A DNA stretch of 32,000 bases from the NCBI RefSeq assembly GCF_000007145.1, contig NC_003902.1, forward strand, positions 4,823,426 to 4,855,425, in the 5' to 3' direction. A program made the translations under genes and the position numbers. The notes below the pieces were generated by a model. It searched no databases. It was not told the DNA's origin and saw only the letters and a program-made list of their open reading frames with translations. The DNA is from Xanthomonas campestris pv. campestris str. ATCC 33913 (GTDB lineage: Bacteria; Pseudomonadota; Gammaproteobacteria; Xanthomonadales; Xanthomonadaceae). Positions 1 through 7,784 of the stretch are shown piece after piece; the first letter of the stretch is position 1, and every line of letters starts with the position of its first letter.

Positions 1-585
1 GCGTAGACGGATCTTGCGGATGCCGTTGACGAACAGATAGCGCGCGCTGTCTTCGCCCACCACGTGGCCCGGGTCGATGCAGCCGGCGATCTTCAAATCG
101 ATCGGCGCGCTCCATGGGCCACGGATGTCATCGGCCCAGATCACGAAGATCGACCAGCCGCGGTCGTCCGGATTGGCCGGGATGTAGATGAAGTAGCGGC
201 CGTCGTGCTTGCACAGGTCCAGCGCCCAGATGGTGCCGAGCTGCTGGCGCAGGGCCGGGCCGATCGGCGTCCAGTTGACCAGGTCGGTGGAATGCCACAG
301 CACGATGCCCGGGTAGGAGAAGAACGACGAAAACGTCATGGAGTAGTCGTCGCCATCCTTGAGGATGGTTGGGTCCGGGCGGTCGCCGGCCACGATGGGA
401 TTGCGATAGGTGCCGTTGCCCAGATCCGCAGTGCGCTGGCCCTCGACTCCGCGCCCCCACTGCAGGAGTTGCCCGCAGGCTGCGGCCGGCGGGGCTGCGG
501 TGGCGCCCAGCGCCGCCGGTGCCACGGCGGCACCGGCACTTGCCGCCAGCAGCTTGAATACGTCCCGCCGGGTGGGGGTTGGCAC
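1..585 (-). CDS. Glycoside hydrolase family 43-like enzyme, N-terminal part only (gene continues past the left window edge), with a Tat-type signal peptide
   Basis: Absent from the supplied ORF track because it is open at the window edge. Manual minus-strand translation from GTG at 585-583 gives MPTPTRRDVFKLLAASAGAAVAPAALGA, a twin-arginine signal. This is followed by NPIVAGDRPDPTILKDGDDYSMTFSSF...GIVLWHSTDLVNWTPIGPAL...WALDLCKHDGRYFIYIP, which I recognise as the first blades of GH43 xylosidase/arabinofuranosidase-type enzymes. The frame stays open for 195 codons down to position 1. Confidence 0.75.
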   Translation of the reverse strand, partial: MPTPTRRDVFKLLAASAGAAVAPAALGATAAPPAAACGQLLQWGRGVEGQRTADLGNGTYRNPIVAGDRPDPTILKDGDDYSMTFSSFFSYPGIVLWHSTDLVNWTPIGPALRQQLGTIWALDLCKHDGRYFIYIPANPDDRGWSIFVIWADDIRGPWSAPIDLKIAGCIDPGHVVGEDSARYLFVNGIRKIRLR

Positions 586-855
586 GCAGGGCCTGTGGCG
601 TCATGAAGACCTGGTATCTAGCCCCAGCACCTGCATGCAGGCAACAGGGATTTGCCCTGCCATAGGAACCTCGACTGGCAGGCACGCCTGCCGGCATATG
701 CTGCACTGCAGCGTGCCCTGTTTACTTATGATTGCGATATTCATATGCGAACAGCCCGGCCCCACCGGCTGCTGGATGTCCCCGATGTCGCATCACCGCT
801 GTGCCGATCACGTGCGCCCCCTTGCCGCCCGCGCCCTGCGCACCCGGTGGCCGGC

Positions 856-1863
856 ATGAATGTGCCGCGCCAGCGTGTGGGCAGCACTGCGGTGCAGTTG
901 TCGGCACTGGGCTTTGGCGCGGCGCCGATCGGCAATCTGTACAGCGCAGTCGACGAGGGCGACGCGCTGGCCGCGGTGACGGGCGCGTTCGAGGCCGGCA
1001 TCCGCCATTTCGATGCCGCGCCCTACTACGGCTACGGGCTGAGCGAAGCGCGCCTGGGCCGCGGGCTGGCCGGCGTGCCGCGCGCGGACTACACGCTGTC
1101 GACCAAGGTGGGCCGCTGCGTCTATGACGACGCAACGGCGGTTGCCGGGCGCGACGGCTTTGCGGTGGCCGGCCGGCGCGCCGAGTTCGACTACAGCGCC
1201 AATGGCGTGCGGCGCGCGTTCGCCTCCAGCCTGGAACGCCTGGGCACCGACTACATCGATGTGCTGTTGCTGCACGACATCGGTGCGCTGACCCACGGCG
1301 ACAACCATGCCAACGTGCTGCGCCAGGCCTTGGAGGAGGCCTTGCCGGCAATGGCGGAGCTGAAGGCGGCCGGTGCGTGCGGGGCGATCGGGCTGGGCGT
1401 CAACGAGCAGGACGTGGCACTGGAGGTGCTGCCACGGTTTCCGCTGGACTGCGTGATGCTGGCCGGCCGCTACACGCTGCTGGAACAGCACGGCGCCGCT
1501 GCGCTGCTCGACCAGGCGCAGCAACGCAACGTGGCGATCCTGTCGGCTGGCCCATACAGCTCGGGCCTGCTGAGCGACGCGCGCGGCCCCGGCGCCACCT
1601 ATAACTACGCGCCGGTGGATGCGGCCACGCTGGACCACGCGCAGCGCCTGTACGCCGCCTGCGCCGCGTTCGGCGTGGATATCGGTGCGGCCGCGTTGCA
1701 GTTCCCGCTGGCGCATCCGGCGGTGATCACGGTGGTGGCAGGCATGCGTAGCGTGGCCGAAGTGCAGTCGGCCAGTGCGCGCCTGCAGGCGACGGTGCCG
1801 GCCGCACTGTGGCAGCGGCTGCGCGACGACGGCCTGCTCGACGCGGCGTTGCCTACGCCATGA
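856..1863 (+). CDS. Aldo-keto reductase, likely L-fucose (D-threo-aldose) 1-dehydrogenase
   Basis: Internal ATG at 856 of track ORF 652..1863; the upstream 68 codons are Pro/Arg-rich junk. The protein starts MNVPRQRVGSTAVQLSALGFGAAPIGNLY and carries AKR signatures (FDAAPYYGYGLSE, STKVGR, LLLHD). It is the first gene of a fucose-pathway cluster like the one characterised in Xanthomonas campestris. Confidence 0.85.
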   Translation: MNVPRQRVGSTAVQLSALGFGAAPIGNLYSAVDEGDALAAVTGAFEAGIRHFDAAPYYGYGLSEARLGRGLAGVPRADYTLSTKVGRCVYDDATAVAGRDGFAVAGRRAEFDYSANGVRRAFASSLERLGTDYIDVLLLHDIGALTHGDNHANVLRQALEEALPAMAELKAAGACGAIGLGVNEQDVALEVLPRFPLDCVMLAGRYTLLEQHGAAALLDQAQQRNVAILSAGPYSSGLLSDARGPGATYNYAPVDAATLDHAQRLYAACAAFGVDIGAAALQFPLAHPAVITVVAGMRSVAEVQSASARLQATVPAALWQRLRDDGLLDAALPTP

Positions 1864-2732
1864 GCCGGGTCGATGCGCACCTGCATTTCTGGCATCTGGG
1901 CCGTGGCGATTACGACTGGCTTACGCCGGAGCTGAGTGCGCTGTACCGCGACTTCGGTCCGGACGATGTGAGCGCCGCGCTGGATGCGGCCGATGTCGAC
2001 AGCGTGGTGGTGGTGCAGGCCGCCGCCACCGAGGCGGAAACCTGCTACCTGTTCGAGCTGGCGCGCGACACCCCGCGCATTGCCGGCGTGGTGGGCTGGG
2101 TGGATCTTGCCGCGCCCGATGCACCGGCGCGGATCGGCGCATTGGTGCGCGCCGGCGGTGGCCTGCTCAAGGGCCTGCGCCCGATGGTGCAGGACATTGC
2201 CGATGTGCAGTGGCTGGCCAGCCCCGCGCTGGATGCCGCCTTCGATGCATTGATCGCGCACGACCTGGCATTCGATGCCTTGATCCGCGCCGCGCACGTG
2301 CCTGCGTTGCAGGCGCGCCTGCAGCGTCATCCCGGCCTACGCGTGGTCGTCGACCATGGCGGCAAACCGGCGATTGCCGCCGGCGAATTCGTTGCCTGGG
2401 CCGCCAGCATCGCGGCGCTGGCGCAGCATCCCGGCGTGCACTGCAAATTCTCCGGCCTGCTCACCGAAGCGGCGCGCGGCGCCACCGCGCAAACGCTCGA
2501 GCCCTATGTGGCGCATCTGTTCGCACGCTTCGGCGCGCAACGTGTGCTGTGGGGTAGCGACTGGCCGGTGCTGACCCAGCGCGCGGACTACGCACAGTGG
2601 CTGCAGATCGCACAGCAGCTGGTACAGCAGTACGCCGACGGCAATGCCGCGGCGGTGTTCGGCGACAACGCACGCACGTTCTATCGTCTGCCACGGCCGG
2701 CGGCCCCCACCCACGGAACCTTATCGGTATGA
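1860..2732 (+). CDS. Amidohydrolase-2 family lactonase, likely L-fucono-1,5-lactonase
   Basis: ATG at 1860 overlaps the upstream stop (ATGA, 1860-1863). The protein starts MSRVDAHLHFW (HxH metal motif) and contains VVDHGGKP and WGSDWPV, typical of amidohydrolase-2 sugar lactonases. Confidence 0.85.
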   Translation: MSRVDAHLHFWHLGRGDYDWLTPELSALYRDFGPDDVSAALDAADVDSVVVVQAAATEAETCYLFELARDTPRIAGVVGWVDLAAPDAPARIGALVRAGGGLLKGLRPMVQDIADVQWLASPALDAAFDALIAHDLAFDALIRAAHVPALQARLQRHPGLRVVVDHGGKPAIAAGEFVAWAASIAALAQHPGVHCKFSGLLTEAARGATAQTLEPYVAHLFARFGAQRVLWGSDWPVLTQRADYAQWLQIAQQLVQQYADGNAAAVFGDNARTFYRLPRPAAPTHGTLSV

Positions 2733-3499
2733 CAGTCTCCATTCCCACGACGCCCAACACCCGCCTGCAGGGCAAGCGCTGCCTGATCACCGCCGCCGGC
2801 GCCGGCATCGGCCGCGAAAGCGCACTGGCCTGCGCACGCGCCGGTGCGCACGTGATCGCCACCGACATCGACGCCGCCGCGCTGCAGGCGCTGGCCGCCG
2901 AATCCGACGCCATCACCACCCAGCTGCTGGATGTCACCGACGCGGCGGCGATCACTGCGCTGGTCGCGGCGCACGGCCCGTTCGATGTGCTGTTCAACTG
3001 CGCCGGCTACGTGCACCAGGGCAGCATTCTGGACTGCGACGAGCCGGCCTGGCGCCGCTCGTTCTCGATCAATGTCGATGCGATGTACTACACCTGCAAG
3101 GCGGTGCTGCCGGGCATGCTCGAGCGCGGCCGCGGCAGCATCATCAACATGTCCTCGGTGGCTTCCAGCATCAAGGGCGTGCCGAACCGCTTCGTGTACG
3201 GCGTGACCAAGGCCGCGGTGATCGGCCTGAGCAAGGCGATCGCCGCCGATTACGTGGCTCAGGGCGTGCGCTGCAATGCGATCTGCCCCGGCACCATCAA
3301 GACGCCGTCGCTGGGCCAGCGCGTGCAAGCGCTCGGCGGCGACGAGCAGGCGGTGTGGAAGAGCTTCACCGACCGCCAGCCGATGGGCCGCCTGGGCGAC
3401 CCGCGCGAGATCGCGCAGCTGGTGGTGTACCTGGCATCGGACGAGTCCTCGTTCACTACCGGCCAGACCCACATCATCGACGGCGGCTGGTCCAACTGA
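2729..3499 (+). CDS. Short-chain dehydrogenase/reductase, likely 2-keto-3-deoxy-L-fuconate 4-dehydrogenase
   Basis: ATG at 2729 overlaps the upstream stop (ATGA, 2729-2732). It has the Rossmann motif ITAAGAGIGRE, the NMSS and YGVTKAAV (YxxxK) catalytic signature, and a PGTIKTP motif. Confidence 0.85.
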   Translation: MTVSIPTTPNTRLQGKRCLITAAGAGIGRESALACARAGAHVIATDIDAAALQALAAESDAITTQLLDVTDAAAITALVAAHGPFDVLFNCAGYVHQGSILDCDEPAWRRSFSINVDAMYYTCKAVLPGMLERGRGSIINMSSVASSIKGVPNRFVYGVTKAAVIGLSKAIAADYVAQGVRCNAICPGTIKTPSLGQRVQALGGDEQAVWKSFTDRQPMGRLGDPREIAQLVVYLASDESSFTTGQTHIIDGGWSN

Positions 3500-3667
3500 G
3501 CGCGGCAACGCATCAAGGTGGCGCTCACCACAGCGTGGACGCGGCCAGTGCCAGATGCGGTCTGTATCGCGCGTCCGCCCTGATTTGAGCACCCCATCCT
3601 TACCCACCCGATGCACGCGCGCTAGGTTTGCTAGCCGCTCCATTCCTCATCTGCAAAGGAAGACTGC

Positions 3668-4525
3668 ATGAAACTCGTACGCGTAGGCGCCCCCGGCCAG
3701 GAACGTCCCGGCCTGATCGACAGCGACGGCAAGCTCCGCGACCTGAGCGGCGTGATCAGCGATGTGGCCGGTGAGCACATCACCAACGCCGGTCTGGACA
3801 CGTTGCGCGCGCTGGATGTCGCATCGCTGCCGCTGATCGAAGGCGAGCAGCGCTACGGCGCGGCGGTTGGCCAGATCGGCAAGTTCATCTGCGTGGGCCT
3901 GAACTACGCCGACCACGCCGCCGAATCGGGCATGGAAGTGCCCAAGATGCCGATTCTTTTCATGAAGGCGACCACCGCGGTGTGCGGCCCCAACGACACG
4001 GTGATCATCCCGCGCGGCTCGGTGAAGAGCGACTGGGAAGTGGAACTGGGCGTGGTGATTGGCGATGTGGCGCGCGATGTGTCGGTGGACGAGGCGCTGA
4101 ACCACGTGGCCGGCTATGCGGTGATCAACGATCTGTCCGAGCGCGAATTCCAGCTCGAACACGGCGGCCAGTGGGTCAAGGGCAAGAGTGCCGACACCTT
4201 CGGCCCGATCGGCCCGTGGCTGGTGACGCGCGATGAGATCGCCGACCCGCAGAACCTGTCGATGTGGCTGGAGGTCAACGGCCACCGCTACCAGCACGGC
4301 AGCACCCGCACGATGGTATTCGGCGTGGCCGAACTGGTCAGCCACATCAGCCGCTACATGACGCTGATGCCGGGCGATGTGATCAGCACCGGCACCCCGC
4401 CGGGCGTGGGCCTGGGCCAGAAGCCGCCGGTGTATCTCAAGCCGGGCGACGTGATGGAACTGGAGATCGAAGGCCTGGGTCGCCAGCGTCAGCCGGTGGT
4501 GGCCCATCCGCGTGATGCTGTTTGA
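3668..4525 (+). CDS. Fumarylacetoacetate hydrolase (FAH) family protein, likely 2,4-diketo-3-deoxy-L-fuconate hydrolase
   Basis: Full track ORF, with AGGAAG 7 nt upstream of the ATG. FAH-family motifs are present: FICVGLNYADHAAE, EVELGVVIG and PGDVISTGTPPGVG. The fucose-cluster context supports the assignment. Confidence 0.85.
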   Translation: MKLVRVGAPGQERPGLIDSDGKLRDLSGVISDVAGEHITNAGLDTLRALDVASLPLIEGEQRYGAAVGQIGKFICVGLNYADHAAESGMEVPKMPILFMKATTAVCGPNDTVIIPRGSVKSDWEVELGVVIGDVARDVSVDEALNHVAGYAVINDLSEREFQLEHGGQWVKGKSADTFGPIGPWLVTRDEIADPQNLSMWLEVNGHRYQHGSTRTMVFGVAELVSHISRYMTLMPGDVISTGTPPGVGLGQKPPVYLKPGDVMELEIEGLGRQRQPVVAHPRDAV

Positions 4526-4616
4526 GGCTGCCTAACTCCCTTCCCGGGATGCTGGTCCCCTGGGAGCGAGCTTGCAGTCAAGACAGGTAATGATGCATCC
4601 GCGCGATGCAACTCAA

Positions 4617-4929
4617 GCCCCTCTCCCCGCGGGAGAGGGGTTGGGGTGAGGGTACGTAGCGACGTATCCGAACAGTTCGTCGCGCTGTCACGATTGTTGT
4701 TAGACGTGACGTGTCGGCGCTTGTATTGATACGTCATGCGTAATTTGTTTGCGGTACGGCTGCGCGTTGAATGACTAAGCGCTGTCGCGCGTTGATATCG
4801 ATGCATCGTGAGTTGTGCAGTAATTCGTCGGTCTGTAGTGCAAACGCTTGAGTGACTGCAGTGCTTCGACAACCTAGGCGCTGCGCGTTCGTACCCTCAC
4901 CCCAACCCCTCTCCCGGTGGGAGAGGGGC
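4617..4929. mobile_element. MITE-like nonautonomous element: 40-bp terminal inverted repeats (4617-4656 and 4890-4929) flanking a 233-bp AT-richer core
   Basis: The reverse complement of 4890-4929 matches 4617-4656 at 38 of 40 positions. Both mismatches fall in the 3-nt loop of an internal 10-bp hairpin (CCCCTCTCCC / GGGAGAGGGG). The repeat core GGGAGAGGGGTTGGGGTGAGGGTACG is a motif I recognise as a dispersed intergenic repeat in Xanthomonadaceae and pseudomonads. I could not find a target-site duplication or any coding capacity. Confidence 0.5.
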
Positions 4930-5016
4930 TCTGGCGCCTTTCTCCGCCTCCGTCTCCGTTCCCCGTTTCTGTTTTATTTCGCACGTTTTATCCCCGTTTC
5001 CATCGCCAGGACTTCC

Positions 5017-6342
5017 ATGCGCACCATCATCGCCCTCGAGACCCACGACGTCCGCTTCCCCACCTCGCGCGAGCTCGATGGGTCGGACGCGATGAATCCC
5101 GATCCGGATTACTCGGCCGCCTATGTGGTGCTCCGCACCGACGGTGCGGAAGACCTGGCTGGCTACGGCCTGGTGTTCACCATCGGCCGCGGCAACGATG
5201 TGCAGACCGCCGCCGTGGCCGCATTGGCCGAGCACGTGGTTGGCCTGTCGGTGGACAAAGTGATCGCGGACCTGGGCGCGTTCGCACGCCGCCTCACCAA
5301 CGACTCGCAGCTGCGCTGGCTGGGCCCGGAAAAGGGCGTGATGCACATGGCGATCGGCGCGGTGATCAACGCCGCCTGGGATCTGGCCGCGCGCGCCGCC
5401 AACAAGCCGCTGTGGCGCTTCATTGCCGAGCTCACGCCAGAGCAGCTGGTGGACACCATCGACTTCCGCTACCTCAGCGACGCCCTCACCCGCGACGAAG
5501 CGCTGGCCATCCTGCGCGATGCACAACCGCAGCGTGCAGCACGCACCGCCACGCTGATCGAACAGGGCTATCCGGCCTACACCACCTCGCCCGGCTGGCT
5601 CGGCTATTCGGATGAAAAGCTGGTGCGCCTGGCCAAGGAAGCGGTGGCCGATGGCTTCCGCACCATCAAGCTCAAGGTCGGCGCCAACGTGCAGGACGAT
5701 ATCCGTCGCTGTCGCCTGGCGCGCGCCGCGATCGGCCCGGACATCGCAATGGCGGTAGACGCCAACCAGCGCTGGGACGTGGGCCCGGCGATCGACTGGA
5801 TGCGCCAGCTGGCCGAATTCGACATCGCCTGGATCGAAGAACCCACCAGCCCGGACGATGTGCTCGGTCACGCCGCCATCCGCCAGGGCATCACCCCGGT
5901 GCCGGTCTCCACCGGCGAGCACACCCAGAACCGGGTGGTGTTCAAGCAGCTGCTACAGGCCGGCGCAGTAGACCTGATCCAGATCGACGCCGCACGCGTG
6001 GGCGGCGTCAACGAAAACCTCGCCATCCTGCTGCTGGCCGCCAAATTCGGCGTGCGCGTGTTCCCGCACGCCGGCGGCGTGGGCCTGTGCGAACTGGTGC
6101 AGCACCTGGCCATGGCCGACTTCGTCGCGATCACCGGCAAGATGGAAGACCGCGCCATCGAATTCGTCGACCACCTGCACCAGCACTTCCTGGACCCGGT
6201 ACGCATCCAGCACGGCCGCTACCTCGCTCCAGAGGTGCCCGGTTTCTCGGCGGAAATGCACCCCGCCTCGATCGCAGAATTCAGCTACCCCGACGGCCGC
6301 TTCTGGGTCGAAGACCTGGCAGCCAGCAAGGCGAAGGCCTAA
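5017..6342 (+). CDS. fucD: L-fuconate dehydratase (enolase superfamily, mandelate racemase subgroup)
   Basis: Internal ATG at 5017 of track ORF 4852..6342; the upstream 55 codons translate the repeat element. The protein starts [39 protein letters not shown] and has enolase-superfamily ligand and catalytic positions ([35 protein letters not shown]). At 441 aa it matches my memory of the characterised X. campestris FucD. Confidence 0.9.
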
Positions 6343-6353
6343 GCAGCGTCAAC

Positions 6354-6450
6354 GCACCGCGTGCTGCATCAGTGCGCGGTGCAATGACGGCTTCAATAGC
6401 GACAGCCAGTCTTCGCTGAGCCTGATCGCGACTGAAGCCGTTTCTCGTTG
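6354..6450 (+). terminator. Two stem-loops downstream of fucD (candidate terminator region)
   Basis: The first is GCACCGCG (6354-6361) paired with CGCGGTGC (6375-6382). The second is a 9-bp long-range stem, ACGGCTTCA (6387-6395) with TGAAGCCGT (6433-6441), followed by a T-rich tail TTTCTCGTT. There is no canonical long U-tract. Confidence 0.35.
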
Positions 6451-6880
6451 GTTTGCAATGGACCCCGCGCGTGGACCGAGCGGTGCGTTGACAAACACAG
6501 TTGGGCGGCGCGGGGCACGACTCTATGCGTCACTTATGGAGTGACGTACCTCCGGACTGACGCACCTCCAAAGCGGCAACCCGCGACAACGCGCCGCATT
6601 CCACAACACTCCACACCGATCGGCTGCCCAACAGGCGCGAACGGCACTGACAATGCCACAGCAAGAAACGCATGTTCGGTATGCAACGTCAGCACCGAAG
6701 CAAAAAGACAACAAGTCCAGGCCAGGCCAGGCACATCGCGTAAACGTCACGACGCAACGTGACCGCCTTCTTCGAGCTTTTCTTCAGCGGTCCCGCTGAA
6801 CCTGTACGCACTTCCGGCCGGCGACGCGACGCAGAACAGCAACGGTAAGAACCTACTGCGATCGCCCAACGACTGAGCCG

Positions 6881-7078
6881 CTGTTCTTGCTTTGGTTACT
6901 GCTTTGCCTGCTGTTGCTTCGGCTCTTACTGCGCTGCTTGCTGCACTGACTTTTTTGCTCCGAGCATGTCTCCAAGTGCTGCTCTAACCTTCGCGCGCAC
7001 TCGCTTTTACTTTGGGTCTTGCTGTCGCTCTTACTGTGTTCTTGCTGTTGCTCTTGCTGCTGTTGCTCTTGCTTTGCC
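6881..7078. repeat. Low-complexity CTT/GCT/GTT-rich tract (imperfect trinucleotide-phase repeats such as CTTGCTGTTGCTCTTGCTGCTGTTGCTCTTGCT)
   Basis: Direct reading. It generates the Q/E/K/S-rich pseudo-ORF 6853..7353(-) and the C/L/S-rich + strand pseudo-ORFs. Confidence 0.7.
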
Positions 7079-7140
7079 ATTCCGCTTCCGGGGCCCCATA
7101 CCGCAGCGGCAAGGCCGGCAGATACAACCCGCAGGGCGGC

Positions 7141-7330
7141 GCGCATGGATGCGCGACGTTTTTGTAAGGGACACGGATGTCCCTTACAAAAATTTCTGCC
7201 GGCCTTGCGCACCCGTCGTGCGCAGCGCGCCGGGCGCGAGGACGGGGTGTGCTTTCTTTTGGTTACTTTTCTTTGCACAAGCAAAGAAAAGTGACTCGCG
7301 CCCGCAAGGGCGTGAAAGCCCTTGCCCTTA
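7141..7330. repeat. Structured intergenic repeat module with three strong hairpins
   Basis: GCGCATGGATGCGC palindrome at 7141-7154. A perfect 14-bp stem, TTTTTGTAAGGGAC (7159-7172) with GTCCCTTACAAAAA (7179-7192), has a 6-nt loop. A second stem of 12 perfect bp pairs 7265-7276 with 7281-7292, extends to 15 bp with one G-U (7262-7295), and has an ACAA loop. CGCCC-GCAA-GGGCG and AAGGGC...GCCCTT follow. The pseudo-peptides it generates (..FLLVTFLCTSKEK, ..FFAQAKKSDSRPQGRE..) resemble a dispersed repeat I have seen mis-annotated as hypothetical proteins in Xanthomonas- and Pseudomonas-type genomes. Confidence 0.55.
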
Positions 7331-7406
7331 GAGCAACGAAAACAGCACATCACTCAAAAGCTGCGCCAGCGGAAACACAACTTGGCGCTACACAGTACGA
7401 AGCAAT

Positions 7407-7784
7407 CTACGCAGCAGAACCCTGCTGCACACTCACCGCCTCACTCAACGCAAAAATCCGCCCAGCCTCCCGCCACTTCTCCCCAGGCGCACTCCCAGGC
7501 AAGGCTTTCTGAAACCGCCACATCAGCGCCTCCCATGCCTGGATGCGGGGATCCCCCGCATCACGCGCCGCCTTGGCCGCCGGGTCGTAATCCTCACCGA
7601 CCGTCATCAACATCACCAACCGGTCACCGCTGCGAAAGATCTCCAGCTCCGCAATCCCGGCCTGCTGCAACGACGCCACCACCTCCGGCCACACCTCGCT
7701 CGGCCGATGCCAACGCTCGTACTGCGCAATCAACGCCGCATCGTCGTGCAGATCCAGCACATAGCACAGCCGCTGCATGCTCAT
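7407..7784 (-). CDS. RhaM/YiiL-family sugar mutarotase, likely L-fucose mutarotase
   Basis: Internal ATG at 7784 of track ORF 7407..7874; it overlaps the fucP stop as ATGA (7784-7781). MSMQRLCYVLDLHDDAALIAQYERWHRPSEVWPEVVASLQQAGIAELEIF...LVMLM aligns by eye with E. coli L-rhamnose mutarotase (..AFVMQV.PD..EEY.RRH.PIWPE....L...G...Y.I..). Confidence 0.75.
   Translation of the reverse strand: MSMQRLCYVLDLHDDAALIAQYERWHRPSEVWPEVVASLQQAGIAELEIFRSGDRLVMLMTVGEDYDPAAKAARDAGDPRIQAWEALMWRFQKALPGSAPGEKWREAGRIFALSEAVSVQQGSAA

Noticed and set aside
732-751. AT-rich motif TTGCGATATTCATATGCGAA upstream of the fucose catabolic operon, considered as a second IclR operator related to the 9154-9184 palindrome
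   Set aside because: It shares only a TGC..ATAT flavour. The two halves are mirror-symmetric rather than reverse-complementary (GCGATAT versus ATATGCG), so it is not a true inverted repeat. It is worth including in a motif scan but cannot be supported as a site from sequence alone.
652-855. Upstream extensions of several track ORFs. Examples are 652 for the AKR, 1809 for the lactonase, 2597 for the SDR, 9052 for IclR, 12998 for mntP, 22661 for the GPH transporter and 31281 for tamB.
   Set aside because: The extensions overlap the preceding gene or a regulatory RNA and are Arg/Pro-rich. The conserved protein N-termini begin at internal ATG or GTG codons that give ATGA/GTGA coupling or have a Shine-Dalgarno sequence.
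3647-4507. 286-aa minus-strand ORF opposite the FAH-family gene. Similar antisense ORFs are 808..1716-, 1605..2330-, 2681..3643-, 4897..5922-, 9007..10218-, 12499..13347-, 12959..13969-, 22634..23668-, 27226..27951+ and 29461..30111+.
   Set aside because: All are mirror-strand or off-frame ORFs of genes with strong family signatures. They are expected by chance at this GC content.
4852-5016. N-terminal 55-codon extension of fucD in the ORF track (start at 4852)
   Set aside because: The extension translates the terminal inverted repeat (..[16 protein letters not shown]..) of the MITE-like element. The conserved FucD N-terminus begins at [12 protein letters not shown] (ATG 5017).
6853-7353. 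166-aa minus-strand ORF rich in Q/E/K/S, and + strand Cys/Leu-rich ORFs (6966..7331, 7019..7294)
   Set aside because: These are direct translations of the CTT/GCT low-complexity tract and the hairpin module. There is no start context, and the hairpins would lie inside the ORFs. They are treated as repeat DNA.
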